Assembly (NCBI GenBank): GCA_028534125.1
Contig: CM052832.1
Location: forward strand, 22,508,001-22,572,000
Direction of reading: 5' to 3'
DNA length: 64,000 nucleotides
Source: Lama glama
Lineage: Eukaryota
A model generated the notes under the pieces. That model made no database searches and had not been told where the DNA came from. It saw only the letters and a program-made list of their open reading frames with translations. This document shows, piece after piece, positions 27,061 through 38,935 of the stretch. The stretch's first letter is position 1, and each line of letters begins with the position of its first letter. The translations under genes were made by a program, and so were the position numbers.

Positions 27061-27739
27061 GCTATATGTGCTTAAAATATTTTTAACTTTATGAGAACCC
27101 CTCTTTTCCACTATTCTCTGAGCACTCTGGTTGATTTAAATTTTGTATATGGAAATAGTACAGAGTTGGTTTTTATTCTAACACAGAGAAGGTATATGTA
27201 TACTAGGCTACAGGTATAAACTTTCTGGGTATAAAGCACAGATAGGTTTTCATCCCTGAATATGAATCTTTTCATAAGTTTTTATCCAATTTACTTAGAA
27301 TTGTTGAAGCTTTTCCAAAGGAGACACTCTGTCATTCTATATCAGTGGCACAGAAGATAATTCTCACTCACTGGGATTTTTTTTTGGAAGAGCAGTGTGC
27401 TTGATTCCAGGAAATTGAAAGGCAAACTCCAGCATGATTATGCCACCGTTTTTGCTCAGAACTGTAAAGCTGTTGTAGTTTAAAATTTTTTAAGTTTAGA
27501 CCTTGGATGCACAGTGACAGACAAATACTTTGGAAAAGAAATCCTTGACTTAGAAGTGGGTATTATTTTTATTATTTTGGGTATTAACTATCATTTATAT
27601 CAAATGGCAAAGTAGAGTATTTTGCCCTGTTGAGGGATGGTGTCCAGGTAAAGGAATTACGACTTTGAAATTGTATGGTATATTGAAAAGATGATGAAAT
27701 TTGGATCCAAATAGATATGTGTATGAAAAGCCCAAACCC

Positions 27740-27870
27740 TCAAAATCCTGTTTTTCTAATTTGCAAAACTGGTATAATAACACCTGTCTACATTGTGGGG
27801 TTATTATATAGATTAGTATTATTGTATGCAAAACACCAGGAAAACAGCGCATAGTAGTCAATAAAGTTAG
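27740..27870 (+). mobile_element. MIR fragment
   Basis: tgtttttctaatttgcaaaactggtataataacacctgtc...tagtagtcaataaagttagc. Confidence 0.55.
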
Positions 27871-28009
27871 CATTTTTTTATTATGTTTGCTCTTAATGGA
27901 CCACTAGCAATCATGTAAATGTTATCCTCTACAAGGGGAAAAACATTTGGGGTCGAATATATCAGGATTTGGAAATGTCTGTCTCTGCAGAAATGAGTTT
28001 ATGCAAGCG

Positions 28010-28160
28010 TCCTGCATAGACTATGTGTCTGGTTCTGGTTTCAGCTCTGCTGCAAGAGCCCCTCACCTGTTTGGACCTCGGAGTTCTTACCTGGAATGCA
28101 GAATAACTAGATGATTGTTATGTTAATATACATCAGCGGCCCTTCCAGATACAAAATGCT
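28010..28160 (+). mobile_element. MIR3-like SINE fragment
   Basis: ctggttctggtttcagctctgc...cacctgtttggacctc...aataactagatgat...ggcccttccag. Confidence 0.5.
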
Positions 28161-28607
28161 ATGTGTCTACATTCTTTGTCTTTGTCCTAAAATTTCCAGT
28201 TTGGGGCTATCTTTCTTGGATCATTTCCTTCAGCTGTCAAAGTGTCTCCCATCTTCTCTCTCTGTCCAGCCATCATCCCACTTCTCATAGCAGCACTCCC
28301 AGAGAGGGTCGTCTACGTTGGCTGTCTCTGCTTCCTCACTTTGCATTTGACTTAACGCCTCTCCAGCTGGGCTCCTGCCCCACACTTCACTGAAACCACC
28401 CTTGTCAGCGTGAACCATGATCTCCATCTTGCCAAATCTTGTGGTCAATTCTCTCTCTTTGTTTCACTCATTTGATCTAGTTAACTGTTTCCTCCCACTT
28501 GAGAACAATGATGTCTCTAATCTTTCACATATCACATTTGCCTGGTTTTTCCTCCTGCTTGCTGGATAGGAACCCCTGCGGGCTTTTCTTCCTCTCAGTC
28601 TCTAAAC

Positions 28608-29021
28608 CGATGTGTCTAATATCAATACAACATGAGCCACATATGTGATTTTTAATCTCCTAGTATTTAATTTCTGCCTTAAAAGAGTAAAAAGAAATAG
28701 GTGAAATCAATTTAATAATACATTTTAATTAATTCAAAATATCCAAAATATTATTTCAATAAGTAATCAATATAAATAAGTAATGAGATAATTTACATTC
28801 ATATGTATAATTAGGGGTGTATATATATGAATGTAAAGTACCTCAGTATATAATTATATATAATTAGGAGTGTGTATGTATGTGTTTATATATAATTAGG
28901 CTTCACAATCTGATGGGTATTTTAGACATACAGGGCATTTCGGTTTGGAATAGTATATTTCAAATGCTGAAAAGCCACATGTGGCTATGGCTACTAGGGG
29001 CTACCATATTGGATGGTGCAG
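28608..29021. mobile_element. MER33 hAT-Charlie element
   Basis: gagccacatatgtgatttttaa...aaagagtaaaaagaaataggtgaaat...agccacatgtggcta...gctaccatattgga. TSD ctctaaac (28600-28607) vs ctctaaat (29022-29029). Confidence 0.85.
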
Positions 29022-29114
29022 CTCTAAATTCAGGAGTGGCCCTGGGCTCAATCCTGAAGCCCTTTCTGCTCTCTGTGTACGGTCTTTCTGGGTGACCTAG
29101 TGAGCGTATGTTAC

Positions 29115-29700
29115 CAGTCTCTCAATAAGTATTTATTGGCTGCTTCATATGTGCCAGGCTACTGTGTTCTAAGTAGTAGAGGACACAACAGTGAACAAAA
29201 CAGTCATAAATCCCCACCCTAATAGAGCCTATTTTCTGGTGAGAGAGAGCAGACCATAGACAATAGAACTGAGTTAACTGTATTGCACAATAGAGGGCGC
29301 AAAGTGCTGTGGCAGGGACAGAGGAGGAGCGGCCCGAAAGCGGGAAGTGACGTTAGAGAGGCAAAGAACAGGTCGGATCATGTAGGGCTTTTGCGGTTCT
29401 ATTGAAAAAACTTTGGCTTTTATTGTATTAAGATGAGGAACCATTAGGAGGCTTGAAGCAAGAAATACGTGGTGTAACTCAAGCTGTGAAGATGATTTTT
29501 GGCTGCTGGTTTGAGAATATACAGTAGAAAGTCAGGGTAGAAACATTGCAACCAGATAGGAGAAACATTCCCTGTTGTAATAATCTAAGCTGGAGAGGCA
29601 GTGGCTTTGACTGGTCACCAAGGGAAGTATTGAGAAGGTGTCAGGTTCTGAAAGAAGAGGTTCAGGCCAGATAGATAAATATGTGAATCATCACAGGTAT
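29115..29700 (-). mobile_element. L2 LINE (antisense) inserted in the sense L2
   Basis: caataagtatttattggctgcttcatatgtgccaggc...acaacagtgaacaaaacag...tttggcttttattgt. Confidence 0.75.
29287..29300 (+). promoter_or_regulatory. Candidate CTCF site
   Basis: ACAATAGAGGGCGC matches the CCASYAGRKGGCRS core at 12/14, with local CpG retention. Confidence 0.45.
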
Positions 29701-29704
29701 CTGC

Positions 29705-29895
29705 TTTGTCTAACAGGGTGCATATTGCTATTGGCCACATATTGCTATTTAAATTTAAATTAATTAAAATAAAATAAAACAAAAATTCAGCACCTCAGTC
29801 AGACTAGCTGTGTGCACATCTGGTGAGTGCTACCGCATGGCCAGTGCAGGTATGGGACATTTCCATCCTCACTGAAAGCTCTACTGGGCAACACC
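29705..29895. mobile_element. MER3 hAT-Charlie element
   Basis: ggccacatattgctatttaaatttaaattaattaaaataaa...aattcagcacctcagtc...acatttccatcctcactgaaagctctactgg. Confidence 0.8.
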
Positions 29896-30296
29896 CATAC
29901 ATATGACATTTAGAGTTTTGTCCTCCTGTCTCTCAAATCAACTGCCTGCTTAAATGTCTCCACTGAATAATTCGATGATTGTTATGTTAATATATGTCAA
30001 ATAATCATCAGATACATAACAAGGTCAGGATTCTTGATTCCGGTCTTCATCTCTCATTCTACTTTGACTTCATTTTTGCCATCCTGGTAAATGGAATCAC
30101 CAGCTATACTGTTGTGCCAACCGCAAGGTCATTCCTCATTCCTATCTTTCTCTGCCCACCCAACCCTGTCACTTCTAATCCATTAGCAGGTTGATTTGCT
30201 TCTACCCACCAAGACATAGCCTGACTATGACCACCTCTTAGTGTCTCCACTTCTACCACTTCATCTTTCATCGGAAAATTGAGATAGTGTCTAAAT

Positions 30297-30451
30297 TAGC
30301 GTTTTCAACACTTACTATACATTAGAATCACCTGGGAGTTTAGAACCAGAACAAAGCCAGGAAAAACAACGCCTAGGCATTCCTCCATGCCTACAGGTGG
30401 GGCTTGGCTTTCTAAAAACTTCCCAGGTGCAAGGAGGACTGAGGACCACTT
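30297..30451. mobile_element. MER5-family element
   Basis: acattagaatcacctgggag...aaacttcccaggtg...gactgaggaccact. Confidence 0.65.
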
Positions 30452-31039
30452 TTGCCCTATCCTCCCCCACCACTCCTCAATTGTCTATTTGCCACATAGG
30501 AGCCAGAGTGACCTTTCTAAATAATAAATCACACCATGTCATTCCCTCCCCTGAAACCTTCTCATGATCTCTCATTGCTCTGAAAAGATTCTGGAGCTCC
30601 TGATCCTACAAGATCTGGCCCTGCCTGTTTCTCCTGCCCACTTTTCCCTGGCGGACGCCTATCATTGCCTCTTCCTCTGGGAGGGGCTCTGTCCATCTCA
30701 TCTGAACGAGCCATTCCCTCCTCCCTCAGCACGAGCCTCAATCACTTGCCCTCTCAAGTCCCTGGTGTATTTTCTTTATGAAATCTATGGCTTTCTGCAA
30801 TGATCATATTGAATACTTCTCTATCTGTTGTTTATCTCCCTGACTAGAACATAAAGCCTATGAGAGCAAGGAACTTTGCTGTCTTATTCATTTATCTCTA
30901 GCACCTGGAACAGAAACTGGCAACAGATATATATTTTTGAATGCCCCTATTCAGTGGCTTCACTTAATATATATTTTTAAAGGTTCTTGTTAGAGTCTTC
31001 AGGGAAAAGACAATGACGACAGTGCTGATAATAAATACA

Positions 31040-31225
31040 TAGCAATAGCATGTGTAGAGTGCTTAGTATATGCCAGGCACTGTGTTTTATTTGATATACC
31101 CATTTTACAGATGAGAAATTGGAATTTAGAAAGGCAAAGTAACTTGACAGGGGCCACCAAGGTAGTAAGCGTGAGAAACCAGATCTGGAACGGGGATTAT
31201 CTGAGGCCAAGGTCCTGAGTCTTAA
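31040..31225 (-). mobile_element. MIR SINE
   Basis: gagtgcttagtatatgccaggcactgtg...cccattttacagatgagaaattg...aagtaacttg. Confidence 0.8.
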
Positions 31226-32099
31226 AAAACAAGCAAAACCAAACCTAAGCTTGTAGCCGTTTAATCAATACTTATGAAATAAATAAGTGGCAGCTGATTC
31301 ACTTTAGGGACTTGTCAAACACTGATGCTCAGTTCATGACTAGGAAAAACAATATATTTCATTCTCTGTCTCCGTATAGACCTTGGGTCACTGCTGAATC
31401 CTTTTGGTCCCTGTAAAGGATTCGAGTGCTGGCCTGCATTCTTCTTTCCGCCAGTTATTTTGTGGATACTGCAGTTCTAGCCTAAAGAATTCCATCTCTT
31501 AGCAGCTACCAGGGTTACTTGCAGCCTCAATGATCTTCCTTTGAGAGAGGGAAAAATCCCTTAACTTTCTAACACAGTCCAGCCATGCATGAGAAGCCAT
31601 TGTCAAGCCGTGGGGTTGGGGGGGTTGGGGTGGGGTGGGGGAAGGAAAATAAAAATACCGTTCTTCTCTGGAACATCTCCTAGGACTAGTGAAAAATGCT
31701 AATTCTGACAACAGCAAAATCATTTTAAAATCAAAACACCTTTGAATCATATTAGCAACGAGATTACAATGAGAAGTGGTGAAAGGAAATAATTAGATTC
31801 TTCGACTCCAGCAGCATCTCATCCCCTCCAGCTCTGTTCCGGTTTCTGATGCCGTGGATGTTCTCCCAGGAAGGATGTCCCTGGGACTCGCCCTCCGCAT
31901 GCTTTGGTGCAGTTTGCATGAAAAGGTAGCGGACTGCATGGCTTTTCTTCATTCCTCCCCCCGAATGGGCTGATGGGAGGTTAGAAACTTCCCTCCCTGC
32001 TTTCCAAAGCCCCCAAGGGCCAGTGTCTTTATTTTTAATTACTCCCAGATGAATGTGCTTAAGGGTGCTGACAGTATTAGCCTCGACCAAACCGGCTGG

Positions 32100-33050
32100 A
32101 TCTGGATGCTCTCCGAGCTCAGGTTCAAAGGGCGTCAGGGCGCTTACAGGAGAGGAACCTGGGCTTCCGAGGGCAGGTGTGCCTTCCCCGCCCCCACGCC
32201 GGCGCCGGCGGGCCCCTCCCCCCGCCGCGTGGACGCCGGCGCCCAACCCCGCGCGCCGGGGGCCGAGCGGCGCCCTCGGAGCGCGCGCGGGGAGAAGGGC
32301 GAGCGCCTGAGGCCGCGCCGCCGGTCCCCCGGCGCGCCCGGCTCCCACGTCCCCGGGCCGCCCCCGGCCCCGAGCGGGGAAGGGCCGCGCGCCGAGGCCC
32401 CGGAGGCCCTTCTGCATTCTTCTGCAGCCCGAGGCCGGCCCTCCCGGCGCCGCTGCCAAGGAGCGGGGGGCGGGCGGGCGGGCGGGCGCGCGCGCCCAGT
32501 CCGCGGCCCAGATGGCGGAGCGGCCCCGGGCCGGGACATTTTCTCAGGCTTTCAAAAAGAGCACTTTCTTTCCTGCCTAATATTTAGCTCCTTCAAATGC
32601 AAATGGAGAGGTTTCGCTCCAAGGTTAGCATAACAATTATGGGAAAGCTTTAAATCTGATGCGTTTGTTTACACGATGAAAGGCCGGCGGGATCCGAAAG
32701 CTCGGAGGCCCCGGCTTTTCAGCGACTCTTTTCTAACGAGTGCACCGCGAGTCAATTTTAGATTACAAAGAAAACCAATTTATAGGACGGTGGAGGCTAA
32801 TTTTGGAGGGAGTTCGATGTTATTATCAATGTGCGTGTGTGCTTTTTTTTTTTTTTTTAATGACCGTTGCTGAAATAGTGTTTTTTCCCTCTCCCTTTTC
32901 TTCGTGAAGTTTGGTGTGAGGTCATCGGGGTTAGTGATAGGCAGGAGGGTCTTCATTCCCGGGAACGACGGGAACGGGGCCTGGGGCTCACGCAGGTAGA
33001 GAATTTTCCAGAGACTTGGCGCGGTTTTGGCCTCACGTGCATAAAGAAAT
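32100..33050. promoter_or_regulatory. CpG island / probable promoter or poised enhancer
   Basis: Very GC- and CpG-dense core at 32150-32540 against an AT-rich, CpG-poor background. It carries tandem GGGCGG boxes at 32466-32488 and CAGATGGCGG (YY1/CTCF-like) at about 32509. Confidence 0.85.
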
Positions 33051-33779
33051 CTCTTGTGGTTTGCTCGTTAAAGAAGTTGATTTTCTTGTCGATTCGGCTT
33101 AGATTGTTTGGTATTTCAAAAAGGGTTGTGTGGTTTTAACTATCACTGATGGTTATCAGACTAAGATTTCAGGGGAATGAGGTTCCCTCACTATAAAACC
33201 ATTAATTTCCAGACCTTGACAGTGAGAACTGGGCCTGGCCCACTGGAAGTGTCTCAGATCTGCTGGGGGGGGGGTGGGCAGGGGGGCAGCGGGGGCGGGT
33301 AACACCTTCAAGGCTGATAAGCAGGAAAGAAATCTTAAGCTTTTTTATTTTTTTATTTTTTTAAACTCTTAGACCTTCCAGGAGACTTTTTCCAGACCTT
33401 CCTCCTGGGGCCACCCTCTCTCTGGCACACAAAGGACACAGCCTGTTAGGGTTCTCCTCAGCGTGAGGCCCAGGAGAGAATGAAAACCCTTGGGAGCTTA
33501 TTAAATGTGTTGGCTTCATTGGCAGTATATTGTCAACTGCTTTGTGAAACACTGCCATCTACAATCCCCATAACTCTGAAAGTTTGAGTGAGAAGTACTT
33601 AGGAATTACTCTATTTGGGGAGTATTTACTGACCAACGTAAATGTCGTTTTCTGGGTTAAGGTTAAACAACAAAACCATTTTTTTTTCTTGCAGTATTTG
33701 AACAGGTGAGCTGAAATACCTGTCTTGACAGTAGGACCAGGGCAAGCATGGATTGTGCTGTTATCGGACAGGTACAGAG

Positions 33780-33959
33780 CAATGGTTTTCAACTAAAGCG
33801 TGTAGCAGAGTCACCTGAGGTTCTTGGTAATCTAGATGGCTGAGCCTCATCCCCAAATATCTGAGCAGGTCTGGGGTGGAGCCTAGGAAATTCCATTTTG
33901 TACAAGCTGCCAGGTGAAGCTGAGGCCCTCTTCCCAGGGCCACACCCAGAGAACCACTA
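33780..33959. mobile_element. MER5A element
   Basis: caatggttttcaac...agagtcacctg...aggtctggggtggagcctagg...caggtgaagctga...gagaaccact. Confidence 0.8.
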
Positions 33960-36900
33960 GCCTGGAAGAATCATAGAATTGTATTATCTTGAGAGACCCT
34001 AATAGGGTTTTAAAAAATTCCTTTTTGCAAGAATAGCTTAGAGAAAAACAATCACTACTGATTGCTACTAGGAATTAAGTAAGATTGAGGAACTATTCTT
34101 AAATGTAAGTATTTCTCTAATCTAGATTTTTAAAGATTATTGGCTTGGTCTAGGTAGGATCTCAAAGTAAGTGAAGTCTTCTTAAGTAGTGGCTGAATGT
34201 TAGAACACTCTTTGGTCCTGCTAGCCAGATGAATGGGTTCTCAGGAGATGGTGGAATATTAATGAAATATATTTGCTTTCTGATATTCAGGTACACTGAG
34301 CTCCACTGTAGGGAATTTGCCCCTTGGTCACCTTAGTAACCATGCCCCTCTTGTGATGTGGTCTCTTCTGGAGTGTTTTTTTCCCCTGAAACCCTTGAAT
34401 ACAGGCTCCTTCTCTTCATTAAGATCTCTCTTGAAGCCCAAGTCCTGAAATTAGCCTTCAAGACAGAGAGGTTGAGATTTGCATTTCCCGTTTTATTTTA
34501 AATTGCATATCCTGTGAGGGAGAGACATTTTAATTCTGACTTTTCATCGTGCCTGGTACAGAGCCATACAGAAATAGACACAAAAACATGATTTTAGTGA
34601 TGATGATGATGATGATGTCTCATTAAGTGGCTTGACATTAATTTAGGGTCTGTTTACATGCTCTGAAATATATAGATGAAAATATATCTTCTGCATAGGG
34701 TCACTTGACCATGGACACATGTCATGCTAGATGAGGGACAAGTAGTAAATTTAAATTGCAGGAGTTTTTCTCAAGTCGTATTTTTATGTGCACTAAGGAA
34801 ATAATATAGCTCAAGAAATCATATGTGAATCATTTTGTAAGATGAACGAACTCCTAAATCTGATATTTTGTTCAACAGGCATCATAACAGTCTGGAGAAC
34901 ACTGTTCAAGCTGACACTGTAGCTTCAAGTAACTAGTTTGGTGATGCTGGGTTTTGAGGATGGAGGACAATGCTGTTGAAATACACTTTGCTGAGTAAGT
35001 CATTTTGCCCTTCTCCCTTCTACAAGCATGGGGTATGGACGACCGTTGTGGTTCTTTCTGGATTACAGGTATAGCATCTGCTTTGGTTTACTTAAACCGC
35101 ATAATACGTAGACATCCAAGAGGGTCAGCGTTGGTTTAAACGGGCAACTCTATTATGAGAATATGGTCAACACCTTTTAAAATTACTGCAATCCATACAT
35201 ATGTTACAGTCTCCTTGGGTTTGTGGAAAATGCACTGTTGATTGTTTTTCATTGTAAAGGAGTCAATTTCTTTGGGAAATAGCAAAGTGCTGTTTCTACC
35301 TGAACAGTCAAGGCATTGAGGAGACATTTAATTTAGAAATGGAGCAGCATTTCTTTACCCTTGCCGTTATCCTGTGTCACAGCTGACTGCTTTAGTGCCA
35401 ATAAAATGCTCTGGGCGCTGGTTTTTACTGGGCAAGAGCACTGAGTGACAAAGCCATTCCTGTTAAATATTAACATCATTTACTAAGAATGTAATTAGGA
35501 ATAAAATAAGCTGGCATATAAAATTTGTATCTTAATCATCCTCTATTCTTGTTCAGGTGTTGAAAAGTCGTTTTCTTGATCCTAAATATGGAGTTAGGGT
35601 TCTAAGGGCATTAAGCTACTGTCACAGAGAGGCAGCAGAGATTGTCACAGGTATTTAAGGAACCTGACTATTTTGGAGGTCAGGTGAGGAGGGTGACGAG
35701 ACGTGTGTATGTTTGTGTGTGTTTGTGGCTCTGCATTGTGAGGTGGGGGAATGGAAGTGGAAATGCTAGAATAAATAAGGCCCTTGGGTATTTATACTAG
35801 TTCTGAAATAAAACTGTGGTTTGAATCCAGTAGGTCAGTTATATATAAATACAGTGTAGAGGGCAGATATCCAGAAATAACAGATTTTATTCTCCAGAGG
35901 GAAAGGGAGAATTTACCAGAGCAGAGGCCCCTGGAACAGGGAGAGTCCATTAGATAAGAACGGTAAGGCTCAAATGCGTTTATCACATTGCCTGTCCATT
36001 TTATTTACCAGTTCTCCTGCTGGTGGACACTGGGGCTGCTTCCATTTATTTTTGCTCTTGTAAATAATGCTGCTCTGTTCATTATTGTGCTTGTGTGCTG
36101 ATACAGAGGTGCCAGATTACCTCTAAGGCATATTCCTTTTGTGATGCGTTATTAACTTCTATTCTGTCTATAATTTTTATTAACAAAATAGTAACCGTTA
36201 AACTGATTTCATGTATTTGCACAGTAGAATTGTTAATTCAAGGGTTTGTAGCTCTTCAGCTCTGCAAGCTAATGACAACATTGCTTTCCAAATACTATGT
36301 ACTCCTACCACAGTGTGTGTCTCTCTTGCTCTGTATTCCGTCTAATACATTGCATTGTCAGAATTTTACCTCCTTTTGTTTTTAATTCCCTCTCCTTGAG
36401 TATTTTAATGAGGTTGACCATTTTCCATATATTAATATTGTCCATGCATGTTTTGTCTTCTTTTCCATATAATTTACCACCCTTTTAAAAAAATTAAGTA
36501 TTAGAAATATTCTTACATTAATCTTATGATGATTATGTGCCTTGCAAATAATCATTCTTACTTTGTGGCTGGCATTTTCATCCTCTATTAGGTATCTTTT
36601 GATAAACAGAGTTCTTGTCAATTATTTTCTTATGACTTATCAGTCATTTTCTTTGTTTTCCCTTTTTGTGTCCTGTTTAAGAATACTTCTTTTTATCAAA
36701 AAGACATTATCACATTCTTTTGTTACAAGTGCTAAGCCCTCAATCAGTCTGAAATTGTTTTTTTTTTTAAAGGTATGAGGAAGAGGTCCAAGTCCATTTT
36801 TTTTTCCTAGCAGGGGCAACTGGTTATCCCAGCATGATTAACTAACTAGTCTCTGCTTTCCTATTGGTGTGTGGTATCACCTCTGTCATACATTCAGTGT

Positions 36901-37776
36901 TTACATTTACCTGGGTCTGTTTCATTGGCTCTCATTTGTGTTCTGTTAGCTGATTTGAGTATTAAAGCTCTAAGATTGGGCATCTTAGAATTATACCACC
37001 TTAATTAAAAATGGCTTTTTAGTCTTCATGTCTGGCAGAGGATGAATTCTTGACTCTTCAGGAATGTCTTGACCATTCTTGGTCTCTTGCTCTTTCACAT
37101 ACACCTTAGAATTAATGCTAATTTCCACATTAAGTCTTGTCTGAATTTGGGTGAAAATTGCCCTCATTCTTGCTCAGTTTGCTGAATAGTACAATATCAA
37201 ATTTTCTAATCTGTAAATATAATAAATCTCTCCATTTGCTTGCATCTTCCTTAATGTCTTTAAACAATAGTTGATAATTTTCCCTAAAAGTCTTGCAGGA
37301 CTTTTGTTCTAGATAGTTAATGTTGGGTGACATGGTATATTTGGATATATCTGAAATTAATTAAAGGTTCTACTTGTCATTATTGTATGTACATGAGATT
37401 GACCTTTATGTAACGACTACATCTAGCAACTTTGCTGACCTGTTTTACTAAATTTGATACTTTATAGATTCGTCTTGTTTTATATACCATCTTATCAAAT
37501 GAGAAAAACAATAGTTTTATTTTTGCCTTTCCTTATGCCTTTAACTTTTCCTTCCTTTTTTTCTTGTCTTCTGCTTTTCTCCTTCCATCCCTCCATGCAT
37601 CTCTCCCTTTATTCCTCCCTTCCTGGGCCTCCCTTTCCCCAGCTCCACCATAATTATTGTATTAGTTAGGACCTTCAGGCTGGTGTTATATGGAAGTGCA
37701 GGAAAACATGCCTTATCCTTGATTTAAAAAAAAATTTTAATGTTTCACCATTAAAAATGATGTTAATTGTTCTCTC

Positions 37777-37801
37777 TGTGTGTGTGTGTGTGTGTGTGTG
37801 T
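37777..37801. repeat. (TG)n microsatellite
   Basis: Directly visible TG run of about 12 units. Confidence 0.95.
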
Positions 37802-37999
37802 AGAAAACTTTTCATTTGAGAAGATTTGTTAGGTCTTTTTTTTTTAGTCAAGAATGAATATTGATTTTTATTAATTTTTTCATCTTTTGAGATAATCACA
37901 CTATTTCCTTTTATTTGTTACTGTGGTAAATTAAATTGATAAATTTCCTAAAATTGAAGCAACTTTACATTCCTGGGATAAATTAAAATTAATCTCTAA

Positions 38000-38935
38000 A
38001 AAATTTATTGTGTTAAGAAAACGCACAAAGTTTACTGTCTTAATCATTACTAAATATGCAGTTCAGCAATGTTAAGTATATTCATGTTGTGAAACGGATC
38101 TCTAGGACGTCTTCATCTTGTAAAACTGGAGCTCTGTACCCGTCCTCCAAGCCCCTGGCAACCATCATCTTGCTTTCTGTTCCTATGAATTTGACTATTC
38201 TGGATACCTCACATAGGTGGAAGTATGAAATATTTGCCTTTTGTGACTGGCTTATTTCACTTAGCATAATATCCCTGAGCTTCATCTAAGTTGTAGCATG
38301 TTTCAAATTTTCTTTTCTTTTTAAATGTATTAAATATTCAATGTATATACCACATTTTGCCTATCCATTCATCGGTCAGTGAACATTTGGATTGCTGCGG
38401 TCTCTTGGCTGTTGTGGTTAGAGCTGCTGTGAACATGGCTATGCAAATATCTCTTGAGAGAGCCTGCTTCCAAAACTTCTGGATATATACCCAGAAGTGG
38501 AATTGCTCTATCCTATGGTAGTTCTATTTTTAATTTTTTGAGGAACTGCCATACTGTTTTCCATAGCAGCTGTACCATTTTACATTCCTGCCAGTGGTGC
38601 ATGAGGGTTCCTATTTCTCCACAGCCTTGCCGACGTTGGTTATTTTCTGTGTTGCCGACAGTAGCAATACTAAGGGGGAGGAGGTAATATCTTACTGTAG
38701 TTTTGATTTGCGTTTCTCTAATGATTACTCCTGTTGAGCATCATCTCATATGCTCTCTGGCCATATGTTGTTGAGTTGTAAGAGTTCTTTATATATTGAG
38801 GATATTCACCTCTTATCAGTTATGTGATTTGCAGATATTTGCTCTCATTCAATAGGATGCCTTTCACTCTGTTAATAGTGTTTTTTGATGAAGTTTTTAA
38901 TTTTTGTGTCGTCCAATTTGTTCTCACTTTTTTTT
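38000..38935 (-). mobile_element. Nested younger L1 (L1MA/MB-like) 3' portion
   Basis: The minus-strand ORF LRDIMLSEISQSQK matches the L1 ORF2 C-terminus. The diagnostic segment ggatatatacccagaagtggaattgct...ttttttgaggaactgccatactg is present. Confidence 0.85.

Larger units (their letters stand above)
28240..30945 (+). mobile_element. L2 LINE (sense) interrupted by MER33, an antisense L2, MER3 and a MER5-type element
   Basis: Collinear L2 segments at 28240-28607, 29022-29100, 29900-30295 and 30455-30945, ending in an L2 3' end (gactagaacataaagcctatgagagcaagg...ctagcacctggaacag). Confidence 0.75.

Noticed and set aside
31764..32633. Overlapping long ORFs (231, 194, 136 and 131 aa) on both strands
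   Set aside because: Low-complexity Pro/Arg/Gly/Ala translations caused by stop-codon scarcity in the CpG island; no recognisable domain
37110..37132. miR-155-like start ttaatgctaat
   Set aside because: The match ends after 11 nt, lies inside an L1 and has no hairpin
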